From: a virus
DNA: 64,000 bases
IMG/VR virus record: IMGVR_UViG_3300021368_000005
Location: 1-64,000 of that record
Reading direction: 5' to 3' (one strand)
Below the pieces are notes generated by a model, which was given only the letters and a program-made list of their open reading frames with translations, was not told the DNA's origin and ran no database searches. A program made the translations under genes and the position numbers. This document shows positions 47,460 to 55,992 of the stretch, piece after piece. The stretch's first letter is position 1. Each line of letters starts with the position of its first letter.

Positions 47460-48692
47460 TTAGTAAGTTTTTGTAGTAAAATCGTCAGGATAACCTTCTT
47501 TTAACTTATCAAGCTGTCCTTGAGAACCACCAGCATGATTTAACCAGTACTCAATTGCCTGCCTATTGTTAATCCATCTTTCTTTTTTTGACCAATCAAA
47601 CCATGGGTGAAACCAATATGCTTTACCTTTATATGATTGTTTCCATCCATCGGTTTCGTAATATTTTCTAAGTTCCTCTTGTGATATCTGACCATCTCCA
47701 TCCAAGTCAGCTTCTCTTTCTTCATCTGATATTATACCATCGCCATCAATATCTAAATCAGATTCATCAATAGAATCTTCCCATTCTTCATCTTCTAAAC
47801 CATCTCCTAAAGTATTATCCCATAAATCATCTTCTTCATCTTCCTCAGGTACTTCATCATATAACTCTCTCTTACGAATTACTTTTTCTTTTTTAACAAC
47901 ACCTCTATCAATTAATACAGCGTTGTTAAAAGCAATTACAAGTGCAACCGCCAATGGGTCAAATACAAATATAATAATTAAGATAAACCAATTGATAATT
48001 TGGTCCATGGGTTTATCTAACAATCCACTAAGATATTGTAGAGGTCCTAATTCGGATGATACTCCCTCCATTGATTCAACATCTAATATTTTTATTTGAA
48101 TAGATTGTAGTGAATCTGCCGCTACTTCTCTTTTCGCTTGAACACCTTTACGATTTTCTTCCTCCACTCCAATACGTTGTTGAGCCAATCTAAGTTCAGT
48201 AGTGGAGATTGTGTTTCTAACGCCCCCAACCACCGAGGTGTCTCGTACTTGGATTGAGGAACTCCTTGCATTACTGAGAGTACTAATGTTATTACTAATT
48301 CTTTCAAGTTCTTCATCATAACGTGCTAAATCATCAGCCCAAAACTTTTCTTTCTGTTGTAAGAAAGCCAATTGTTTTTCTTTTATGTTGAATTGGTTAA
48401 ATGTATCTTGGAATGCCGATGTTAAGAATCCATAGATACCCAATGATGTTATAAGGATTAAAATAATAACTGCTCCACTTAGATACAATCTAAACGCTTT
48501 ATTTATTTTATCCCAATAGTTGTAAAGATATCCAGCGGTAATAAGTTTAGCAGCTTCTAATGAACTTGCCATGATTATTACAGATAATGAAGCACCAGCA
48601 AATAGTTTAGATAAACCACTAACTGAAAAGAACGCCGCATTAAATGCCACGAATAAAGCCGATAATCCTAATAATAAAGTTCTGAATTTCAT
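47460..48692 (-). CDS. Multi-TM membrane protein with coiled coil and acidic EF-hand-like tail
   Basis: Three N-terminal TMs (AAFFSVSGL, LEAAKL, SLGIYGFL), coiled coil, GPL.Y...IIFVFDPLAV TM, and DIDGDG/DLDGDG motifs. Confidence 0.7.
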   Translation of the reverse strand: MKFRTLLLGLSALFVAFNAAFFSVSGLSKLFAGASLSVIIMASSLEAAKLITAGYLYNYWDKINKAFRLYLSGAVIILILITSLGIYGFLTSAFQDTFNQFNIKEKQLAFLQQKEKFWADDLARYDEELERISNNISTLSNARSSSIQVRDTSVVGGVRNTISTTELRLAQQRIGVEEENRKGVQAKREVAADSLQSIQIKILDVESMEGVSSELGPLQYLSGLLDKPMDQIINWFILIIIFVFDPLAVALVIAFNNAVLIDRGVVKKEKVIRKRELYDEVPEEDEEDDLWDNTLGDGLEDEEWEDSIDESDLDIDGDGIISDEEREADLDGDGQISQEELRKYYETDGWKQSYKGKAYWFHPWFDWSKKERWINNRQAIEYWLNHAGGSQGQLDKLKEGYPDDFTTKTY

Positions 48693-48697
48693 AAGGT

Positions 48698-48877
48698 CTA
48701 CCCCCTAACTACAATCTCTCGGACTTTCTCCAGTCCTCCAAGTACTTCTCGTAGATAAGTATCTGCCGTTTTAGAATCGGCAGGTCTTTCACCTGTAACC
48801 ATTTCTTTTACAATCTTAACTCGTGTTTCCATCATTTCGATTGTATCGTCTACTTTTTGTTTGTAAATATCTTTCAT
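48698..48877 (-). CDS. 59-aa late hypothetical protein
   Basis: Hand translation MKDIYKQKVDDTIEMMETRVKIVKEMVTGERPAD...; late motif at 48901. Confidence 0.6.
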   Translation of the reverse strand: MKDIYKQKVDDTIEMMETRVKIVKEMVTGERPADSKTADTYLREVLGGLEKVREIVVRG

Positions 48878-48925
48878 TTGATATATTTTATTGTTACTAT
48901 TATAAATATTAAGATATAAAATTTC

Positions 48926-49660
48926 TTATAAATAATGTATCCTTGAACCTAACGATACTCTTTTATAATTTTTAGGTACATCTTGTGTCATGCTGTGCCA
49001 AGCATCATAGGTATTTGAGTGTAATACTGTAATTCCATTTTGGAATGGAATTGATTTTACTTTATTAAACATATGTTTTCTATGGGTAAATGCATTACAT
49101 GGATGTTCATATGGTAACTCAGAAGGTATAAATGCATCTTCGTAAATATCATTACCAATGTGTTTATAAAAACTAGTACCAATATCTGTGTAATCGTTTG
49201 TTGGTGGTACATAAGTTTGCATAGTTACAACAGGATAAGGTATTTTACTTTTATAATCCGCACCACCTGGATGTAAAAAATCTATATGTATATCGGTTGC
49301 GTCCCCACCTGTTTTGAAAGTATCTTCCCAAATATAAGTTGTAAATTCACCAAGTTCTTTAGTTTGTTCTTGATGTAGTTCTAGATTAAACTTTTCTAGT
49401 ATAATTTTTTTTATTTCCCCCTTTTTCTCAAATGCATTCATATGAATACCATCAATAGTATCCTCGTAATACGAATCAGTAAATTTAATAGGAGAAGAGG
49501 CTCTTCCATTAAATGAGTCACTTTGTTCAATATGAAACTTAGTATAATCTATATGATAGCCCAAGTCTAAAATCATATGAGGAAATGGTTCTGATAAAAC
49601 CTCAGCAACTTTTAGTTTTTCTAATACTGTATTCAAATATAAGTGATAATAATCATTCAT
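48926..49660 (-). CDS. 2OG-Fe(II) oxygenase-like protein
   Basis: EPFPH, WED...DIHID, GTSFY, WHS, KRVS: HxD...H...R pattern. Confidence 0.7.
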   Translation of the reverse strand: MNDYYHLYLNTVLEKLKVAEVLSEPFPHMILDLGYHIDYTKFHIEQSDSFNGRASSPIKFTDSYYEDTIDGIHMNAFEKKGEIKKIILEKFNLELHQEQTKELGEFTTYIWEDTFKTGGDATDIHIDFLHPGGADYKSKIPYPVVTMQTYVPPTNDYTDIGTSFYKHIGNDIYEDAFIPSELPYEHPCNAFTHRKHMFNKVKSIPFQNGITVLHSNTYDAWHSMTQDVPKNYKRVSLGSRIHYL

Positions 49661-49663
49661 GTT

Positions 49664-50488
49664 TTATATTTTTGGATATGATATATACATATGTTTTCTA
49701 ACTATATCTTCTTCGATATCAGGTGAAGAATGATAAGATGTCATATCAGATAACATTGCATATCCTGTATTTAGTTTGAATGGTGCTCTGAATATAAAAT
49801 CACAGTTTTCTTTTCTAAATCCCTCTTCCCAATCTTCAGAGTATTTGTGTGGGTCCCAGTATTCAGTACCATAATCTATCGTAGATTCATCATCAGGTAA
49901 GAATATTCCTAATGTTATATAAAAATCATTGAAATCAATATGTACATCATTAACAGTAAAAGATTGAGTATCTTCCCATAAACTTACACCTGGTGTTCCT
50001 AATTCTACCTTTTCAAATAACTTGTCAACTAATGCACATTTAACATGAATATTATTAATAACATCAGTATAAAGTTCGTTTAGGTATTTATGATTTTTGA
50101 AATCATGGAATTGATATCTACCTGGTGGTTCACCTGTACTCATCTCATCTCGTGATGGCCAATGATTTTGTATATTACTTAACAAGGTTGGTTCAATTAT
50201 ATTATCCAACATTATATGTTTAGATGGATATACCTTTAACTCAGAATCTTGTATTGATTGAAGAGCATGTTCTGTTACCTTTGATATCTTTATTTCAAAT
50301 CCATCAGGATGGGTTATACTTTCAACCATCCCACCCATTAGTAAAATAGGTAATCTAGGATATCTTGGTACTTTTCTCTCATCACAATTACAAGAATTCA
50401 TATAACCACACTTAACACACCTAACCCTCGGCCAATCGGGGTCGTATTCTGATGGGTGGTATGGTATTCCTTCTTTAGTTCTTGCCAT
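49664..50488 (-). CDS. 2OG-Fe(II) oxygenase-like protein with N-terminal Cys cluster
   Basis: CVKC...CNC; WEDT...DVHID, GTEYW, SYHS, RKH; paralogue of the downstream gene; late motif at 50496. Confidence 0.7.
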   Translation of the reverse strand: MARTKEGIPYHPSEYDPDWPRVRCVKCGYMNSCNCDERKVPRYPRLPILLMGGMVESITHPDGFEIKISKVTEHALQSIQDSELKVYPSKHIMLDNIIEPTLLSNIQNHWPSRDEMSTGEPPGRYQFHDFKNHKYLNELYTDVINNIHVKCALVDKLFEKVELGTPGVSLWEDTQSFTVNDVHIDFNDFYITLGIFLPDDESTIDYGTEYWDPHKYSEDWEEGFRKENCDFIFRAPFKLNTGYAMLSDMTSYHSSPDIEEDIVRKHMYISYPKI

Positions 50489-50504
50489 TGTATATTATAA
50501 ATAT

Positions 50505-50529
50505 AAAAAAAGGGGAATTGCTTCCCCTT
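50505..50529 (-). terminator. Intrinsic terminator after hsp20
   Basis: Sense AAGGGGAAGCAATTCCCCTTTTTTT. Confidence 0.85.
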
Positions 50530-50552
50530 CTCTTATTGGCTCAAAATCAAGA

Positions 50553-50924
50553 TTAATATGCAATCTTTAGTGATTTTGCTTTTTTATTGACCTTTTTGTC
50601 AATAAGGAGAGTGAGTAGTCCGTTATCGAACTTAGCAGTTGTTTTTGTACCATCATAATCAGTACCAACTGTTAGTGTTAAATCAATATCTTTAACAAAT
50701 GAAGAAGTATCTTCTGCTTTTTTAGATTTGATTGTAATTTCTTCTTCAGTAACATCTACTGTAATATCTTTTGGATTATGTCCAATAGTGTTAACTGTAA
50801 CTTTTTGTTTTCCATCTTCTAAAGTTTCTGCTTCAAATGATGAATTTAATCTGTTTGTTGTTTTTGTTGTGTAGATATCTCTAAAAAAATTATCTACGAA
50901 GTTTTCATTAATTGTGTAAAACAT
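50553..50924 (-). CDS. Small heat-shock protein (Hsp20/alpha-crystallin)
   Basis: GHNPKDITVDV...AKFDNGLLTLLI...KSLKI (IxI tail). Confidence 0.85.
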   Translation of the reverse strand: MFYTINENFVDNFFRDIYTTKTTNRLNSSFEAETLEDGKQKVTVNTIGHNPKDITVDVTEEEITIKSKKAEDTSSFVKDIDLTLTVGTDYDGTKTTAKFDNGLLTLLIDKKVNKKAKSLKIAY

Positions 50925-50993
50925 AATATTCCTTTTTTTTTAATTAAACATTTACTATCTAATGTACCAAATTTGTACCAATCGATATTTTCA

Positions 50994-51048
50994 TGACATA
51001 AGATGACAGTTTGTCAGTTTTATGAATGTATGTAATGACACTTTGTCA
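50994..51048. promoter_or_regulatory. Two TGACA-N3-TGTCA palindromes plus a half site upstream of hsp20
   Basis: tgacagtttgtca at 51004-51016, tgacactttgtca at 51036-51048, tgaca at 50994. Confidence 0.7.
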
Positions 51049-52299
51049 TTTTTCAAATATCCAAATAGGTTCTCCAAAAGTTTTATCTTGATTCTCTTCT
51101 GAATTTTTTAGAGTTTCTTCTGAGTATTGATTTTGATTATGTTCTGTATTCTTTACTGTTCCTGCTCCTCCACTATTAGGTCTCTTAGCCATTTCCATAC
51201 CAATACAACCTTTGTAAGTTAATCCTTTTGATATTAAGAAATCTCCCATTGGGTTTGTGATTTCTTTCCAATCTTTACCACCACCCTTTCCACTAGTGAA
51301 TACATCAGCAATATTGATTGCCATTTTACCACCCTTTTTCATAGTTGGTATAATTTTTTCTAATGCCTTGTGTAGGAAATATTCATTCCAAGCATCTATT
51401 GATTTGTATCTTACCCAACTTTGAGTTTCATCATCACCATATCTTTCTACGTTAAAGTAAGGAGGTGATGTAAATACTAAATCAAAGTAATCGTTATATT
51501 CTGAATAATCAAAATCTTCTGCTGGTGATTGGTGAAAGTTTGTTTTAGTTGGTGATTCAAAGAAAGTAGTATGTTTTTGATAAAAATCTCTTTGTTGTTC
51601 ATAGATAGGATGGTTCTCTTTACGAGGGTCTAATCCAACATAATGTTCTATGGTTTCACTTGCAAAGGCTCCACTTAATCTATCGCCCCATCCCATTGAG
51701 AAATCTAACATAGTTTTACTACCTAGATATTCTGTAAGAGCCTTTGTAACATTTGGTTTGTGTTGAGATGCGATATACTTTCTCAAACCAATCATTACTC
51801 TCAATTCTTTTTTACCAACTTGATTTAGTTTCAATGAATAAGCCGCTCCCATTAAAGATATCATAAAGTCCCTCGTTCTCCAAGTTCTTGCTGGACCAGG
51901 ATAACCTGATGAACATATACTCCACCTATTCTTCTCTTGAAAAAAATTAGATGAAAGATTACCTAGATTATATCGTTTGAATAATATTTGTTTATCTTCA
52001 TATGTAAGAGGATATTTAGATTCTCTTGATTTTCTTGGAAACCATTCTTCTTCCTTTAACAACTCATTCCACCTAATACCTTTAAGTTTCATATAATCAT
52101 CTCGTGCATCTTCTATACTGTACTTATCAGTTGCATATGGAAGTGGGTACTTCATAAACAAATCCGCCAACATTTCTTTTACTTGGTCTTTGGGATATGA
52201 TTCTTTTAAGGTTTCCCAATCTTCTGGTGATATAGTAGGATACTCTCCATCGTAATTACCTTTTTCATATTTTCCTAATATATCTTCACCTATATTCAT
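51046..52299 (-). CDS. DNA amino-methyltransferase (SPPY type, likely N4-C or N6-A)
   Basis: LDFSMGWGDRL (motif I) and FTSPPYF (motif IV). Confidence 0.85.
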   Translation of the reverse strand: MNIGEDILGKYEKGNYDGEYPTISPEDWETLKESYPKDQVKEMLADLFMKYPLPYATDKYSIEDARDDYMKLKGIRWNELLKEEEWFPRKSRESKYPLTYEDKQILFKRYNLGNLSSNFFQEKNRWSICSSGYPGPARTWRTRDFMISLMGAAYSLKLNQVGKKELRVMIGLRKYIASQHKPNVTKALTEYLGSKTMLDFSMGWGDRLSGAFASETIEHYVGLDPRKENHPIYEQQRDFYQKHTTFFESPTKTNFHQSPAEDFDYSEYNDYFDLVFTSPPYFNVERYGDDETQSWVRYKSIDAWNEYFLHKALEKIIPTMKKGGKMAINIADVFTSGKGGGKDWKEITNPMGDFLISKGLTYKGCIGMEMAKRPNSGGAGTVKNTEHNQNQYSEETLKNSEENQDKTFGEPIWIFEK

Positions 52300-52628
52300 T
52301 CTTCTATTTCTTGTTTTGTTAGAGCTCTATAAAGTATTTCTACTTCTTCTTCTGAGGTACATATTCCTAAACCATTAAAGTCATTTATCTCAGTATAGAA
52401 CTCTCCTTTCTTTATTTTCAAATCTTGATAATCATCATTATAAGAGGATACCATTATAGGAGCATCAGGGTCAGGATTATCTTTTGGTAAAACAAGCTCA
52501 TAGTAATAATATTCTCCACTATCTCCATCTTCACCTTCGTGTGGTTCTTCTACTTTTTTAACCCACCCCTGTCTTTCAAATGTTTCTTCTGTTATTGGAG
52601 TTAATGGCCAAGGTTCTTCTTTTATCAT
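52296..52628 (-). CDS. Acidic hypothetical protein
   Basis: ORF track. Confidence 0.6.
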   Translation of the reverse strand: MIKEEPWPLTPITEETFERQGWVKKVEEPHEGEDGDSGEYYYYELVLPKDNPDPDAPIMVSSYNDDYQDLKIKKGEFYTEINDFNGLGICTSEEEVEILYRALTKQEIEE

Positions 52629-53080
52629 TCTAATACTATTTTAATTGTATCTGAAACTAGATGTTCTCGTATCGTACCAGTTAATATAAGAGTATCTCCT
52701 ACCATTGTTTTTACAGGTCCGATTACATTGTTTACTTTACCATCTATAACGTAGGAGGATTGATTAGAAGTACTCACAGAGGTTTCATCTTGTAGATACC
52801 ATTCTAAGTTACTATCCCAACTTACTTTAAGTGGTTCATCTTGGTAGTAATCATATACTCTACCACTAACTCGATGTATCGTTTGGTGTACATCTTGTCT
52901 TAGTTCTAAATGATAATACCCATTATTATCAAGTGGAAGTCTACCATCGAGTTCTAATTTTGGTTCTTCTAATAATATTATATCTTCATCGGGTGTACAT
53001 GATGCTGCTATGAACATCAAAGCCAGTACAATAAATAACATTACATAATCAAAGAATCCTAATCTTTCTTTTTTTCTCAT
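52625..53080 (-). CDS. Putative lipoprotein
   Basis: Hydrophobic signal ending IAASC, followed by acidic TPDED. Confidence 0.65.
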   Translation of the reverse strand: MRKKERLGFFDYVMLFIVLALMFIAASCTPDEDIILLEEPKLELDGRLPLDNNGYYHLELRQDVHQTIHRVSGRVYDYYQDEPLKVSWDSNLEWYLQDETSVSTSNQSSYVIDGKVNNVIGPVKTMVGDTLILTGTIREHLVSDTIKIVLE

Positions 53081-53562
53081 AAAAGATAATCTAAAATTGA
53101 TTGCCAGTTTGGGAATTTACCTTCTTTACCAGTTTCCCAATTTACACCGAATTGTAATAGTTCACCACTAAACTCACCAGCACCATTCTTAGTTCTATCA
53201 TCAATTAAGTAATCACCCATCAATAAATCTTTTCTGTGAGTAACAAACATCTTTTTGTGGAACAAGTCACCGAAGTAATCTTCTATCCACATTCTCTTAT
53301 CACCAGCCGAACCCGCGTTACCCCAAGGAGCTGAAGTAGCTATGTATAAATCATATTTACCACTTTCATGTAGTTTATTAATCGCCTCAATAGCACCCTC
53401 GATTGGAGGTGGGTTTCTGAATAACCCTTGTATGTGGTCAGGAAACTCCTTGTACCTTTCTACTAAGTGGGGGTGTTTATCAAACCAATCTTGTATTGCC
53501 GCTCCAAAGTCAACAATCACACCATCCATATCAATGTAAACTATTTTTTTCTTATTCACCAT
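53077..53562 (-). CDS. 5'(3')-deoxyribonucleotidase (NT5C, HAD family)
   Basis: YIDMDGV, PIEGAIE, ATSAPW, KDLLMGDYLIDD. Confidence 0.9.
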   Translation of the reverse strand: MVNKKKIVYIDMDGVIVDFGAAIQDWFDKHPHLVERYKEFPDHIQGLFRNPPPIEGAIEAINKLHESGKYDLYIATSAPWGNAGSAGDKRMWIEDYFGDLFHKKMFVTHRKDLLMGDYLIDDRTKNGAGEFSGELLQFGVNWETGKEGKFPNWQSILDYLL

Positions 53563-53570
53563 ATCACTTA

Positions 53571-53620
53571 TTTACAATGTAAATATACGAAAAATATTTG
53601 GATTTACCAAATATTTTCGT
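53571..53620 (-). promoter_or_regulatory. Host-type early promoter embedded in a long inverted repeat
   Basis: acgaaaaatatttgg-attta-ccaaatattttcgt; sense TTTGG...TTTTTCGTATATTTACATTGTAAA. Confidence 0.75.
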
Positions 53621-53642
53621 AACTATTTTTAATAATTTTTGT

Positions 53643-53819
53643 TTAATCTTCTTGGGGTAGGTGAGACCTAAATCCTAATACTGGTACATGACCTGTAATT
53701 TCGATTTCTCTTTTTCTAATAAATTGTTTAGATACTTTTAGGGTTTCTAAATCTGTTTCATTCATTACCCAATCTTTGAAAAGGTAAGTTAACACTTTGG
53801 ATTTAATTGCTTTAATCAT
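53643..53819 (-). CDS. 58-aa early hypothetical protein
   Basis: Hand translation MIKAIKSKVLTYLFKDWVMNETDLETLK... Confidence 0.55.
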   Translation of the reverse strand: MIKAIKSKVLTYLFKDWVMNETDLETLKVSKQFIRKREIEITGHVPVLGFRSHLPQED

Positions 53820-53837
53820 AATTTAAGTTTTAATTGT

Positions 53838-54035
53838 TTAATAAAAATTGCTCATTGCCGTTTTTAATCCTTCCTTAGTTGCTAAGTGAACTGAATCTAC
53901 CCTTACTACAAGGTTAGGATTATCTTTATATTGTTGTACTGCTAATTTCTTAGCTCCTCGTAGAGTTCTTGCCCAACAAGTATTCCACCCTCCACCTTCA
54001 AAGGTGAACATATATTCTTTTAATTCTAAGCCCAT
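53838..54035 (-). CDS. Early hypothetical protein
   Basis: ORF track. Confidence 0.6.
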   Translation of the reverse strand: MGLELKEYMFTFEGGGWNTCWARTLRGAKKLAVQQYKDNPNLVVRVDSVHLATKEGLKTAMSNFY

Positions 54036-54217
54036 ATTATTTGTGATTTATCGATTAATGTATTTACAGTTCCTAAAAGATTATTACCATAATCTACTTG
54101 TACTCTAACCAAACCATTAAGGTCTTTATCCCAATCGCATTGGTAGTTATCATCTGTAACAATTCCTTCTTGGATTTGTCCGTATTTATTTTCAAATTTA
54201 ATTTTAGTATTTATCAT
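54026..54217 (-). CDS. Early hypothetical protein
   Basis: ORF track. Confidence 0.6.
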   Translation of the reverse strand: MINTKIKFENKYGQIQEGIVTDDNYQCDWDKDLNGLVRVQVDYGNNLLGTVNTLIDKSQIIWA

Positions 54218-54227
54218 ATTTTAAGTT

Positions 54228-54455
54228 TTATTTTAACCAAAGGTCGTATATGTAATCGTAAGAAGTTTTAAGATTCTCAGCTAACTTAGCAAATAATCTT
54301 TCTCTAACTATACTATCATCAACACCGAAGTAGTTATAAACATCACCTCCGATGAATAGTTCATTTAACAAACCTTCAAAGTTTGCATTTTCATTAATTT
54401 CAACACCCAACTCATCAGTTGGATAGTTTTCTAAATAAAATTCTTTAAGTGTCAT
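54228..54455 (-). CDS. Early hypothetical protein
   Basis: ORF directly downstream of the promoter at 54473. Confidence 0.65.
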   Translation of the reverse strand: MTLKEFYLENYPTDELGVEINENANFEGLLNELFIGGDVYNYFGVDDSIVRERLFAKLAENLKTSYDYIYDLWLK

Positions 54456-54472
54456 ATTTTAATTATTAATCA

Positions 54473-54513
54473 TTTACATTGTAAATGTACGAAAAAAAGC
54501 CGAGACTGCCAAA
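54473..54513 (-). promoter_or_regulatory. Host-type early promoter (near-identical to 54869-54908)
   Basis: Shares tacgaaaaaaagccgagactgccaa with the second copy. Confidence 0.78.
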
Positions 54514-54524
54514 TATTTTAACAC

Positions 54525-54638
54525 TTATTTTAGTGTCATTGTTATTAACTCAAACTCTTCATTAGTAATTATACCTTCCATAAGAGCCAAATACTCTTTC
54601 GATACATCTCTACCAGTTATTTTATTTATTATAATCAT
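54525..54638 (-). CDS. 37-aa early hypothetical protein
   Basis: Hand translation MIIINKITGRDVSKEYLALMEGIITNEEFELITMTLK. Confidence 0.5.
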   Translation of the reverse strand: MIIINKITGRDVSKEYLALMEGIITNEEFELITMTLK

Positions 54639-54641
54639 ATC

Positions 54642-54860
54642 TTATCTATATAAAGTTACAAATAGTCCGAAGTTCTTATCAAATACCTGAATAAGGTTTT
54701 CATAATCACCACTTTTCATTTCGTTAAGAATTTTATTACTATCTAAATCAAGTTGTTTAGCAAGATTCTTAGCAGTTGCCAAAAGGTAAAAAGCATTACC
54801 TTGAGGTCCAGTCAAATCGATTTCGATTCCTTTGTTTTGAGTTTTTTTACTTTTAATCAT
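54642..54860 (-). CDS. Early hypothetical protein (IDLTGPQGNAFYLL family)
   Basis: ORF directly downstream of the promoter at 54869; motif common in phage early genes. Confidence 0.65.
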   Translation of the reverse strand: MIKSKKTQNKGIEIDLTGPQGNAFYLLATAKNLAKQLDLDSNKILNEMKSGDYENLIQVFDKNFGLFVTLYR

Positions 54861-54868
54861 ATCACTTA

Positions 54869-54908
54869 TTTACATAGTAAATATACGAAAAAAAGCCGAG
54901 ACTGCCAA
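54869..54908 (-). promoter_or_regulatory. Host-type early promoter
   Basis: Sense TTGGCAGTCTCGGCTTTTTTTCGTATATTTACTATGTAAA. Confidence 0.78.
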
Positions 54909-54930
54909 GCAAAAAGTGAATTATTTTTGA

Positions 54931-55992
54931 TTAAATTAGGGTTGTTTTTTCCTCTATAAATTCATGTAAATTATGAAATGTCTGAGGAGCTGGTAAGAAC
55001 TCATTGGCGTGTTTTATAAAGTCTTTGTGATTTTCGTGAGTTGTATCCCACACATTATGTTTATCAAATTCTTGTGGAGTAAAAGTTCCCCAATTATTTA
55101 TCTTACCATAAAACACTTTTGTTTTCTTCTTGAAGATACTCATCATCAAGTCATAGAATATTTTCATTTCCATGTAGTTATGATTCTGAACAACGAATGA
55201 TGTTTTTACACTATTTAGTGTTCTTATTGTAGAAATAAATTTTAGGTTATCAATTAATTCATTCCATTTACCATTTATTCTTGTTTTATTTTCATAAGTA
55301 TCTTTAGTTCCAGCATCAATACTTATTTCACATGATTTGACAAATCTATGTATGTTTGGCATAGAATCCCACATTTTTTTATTCCAATAAGTTGCGTTGG
55401 TATGTAAGTGAATTCTTTCTAATTTAGGATACTTAGATGTATCAAAGTTTCTTAAATAATCTCTAAACCCAACTGATATAAATGGGTCTCCACTTCCTGT
55501 TATGTATATTACTTTTACTGATGAAGCATAATCATCCTCTATTTCTTGGATGGTTGCTTTAACAGTTTTTATTTTATTACTATCGGCAATAAACATTTCA
55601 ATTCTACAAGAAGGACATGCCAAATTACAACTTCTATCAAAAGAAAATTGTATTGTTCTTGGTGCGAATTCTATATCCTTTTTATGTTTATCTACTTTCT
55701 CTTGAACCTCATCTGGTAAGAATCCTTTTCGATATAAAGGTCTGTGTTCTTTTACTCCCTTTGGTATAGCAAGTAAAAATGGACACTGTTGTTTATCACA
55801 GTATTTATAAGAACCATCTATTATAGAATCTCTTATATCTTTAGCAACATCAGAATTAAAAGATTCTCGTGCACTCATACCCTTTGGAAGATGTTTAGTT
55901 AACCAAGAAGGGCAACATAAAAAACTTCTAAAGTCATGTACTTCAATTCCATCAAATGGAACTGCACAAATAAAATCTTTATATTCACTCAT
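54931..55992 (-). CDS. Radical SAM protein with N-terminal SPASM/twitch-like Cys cluster
   Basis: CNLACPSC (CxxxCxxC); N-terminal C..PF...CC...C...C; GSGDPF, HTNA, ISIDA. Confidence 0.88.
   Translation of the reverse strand: MSEYKDFICAVPFDGIEVHDFRSFLCCPSWLTKHLPKGMSARESFNSDVAKDIRDSIIDGSYKYCDKQQCPFLLAIPKGVKEHRPLYRKGFLPDEVQEKVDKHKKDIEFAPRTIQFSFDRSCNLACPSCRIEMFIADSNKIKTVKATIQEIEDDYASSVKVIYITGSGDPFISVGFRDYLRNFDTSKYPKLERIHLHTNATYWNKKMWDSMPNIHRFVKSCEISIDAGTKDTYENKTRINGKWNELIDNLKFISTIRTLNSVKTSFVVQNHNYMEMKIFYDLMMSIFKKKTKVFYGKINNWGTFTPQEFDKHNVWDTTHENHKDFIKHANEFLPAPQTFHNLHEFIEEKTTLI

Noticed and set aside
50960-50985. Firm sigma54 promoter call for hsp20
   Set aside because: TGGTAC is present but the -12 TTGC is mis-spaced or degenerate; kept only as a possibility.
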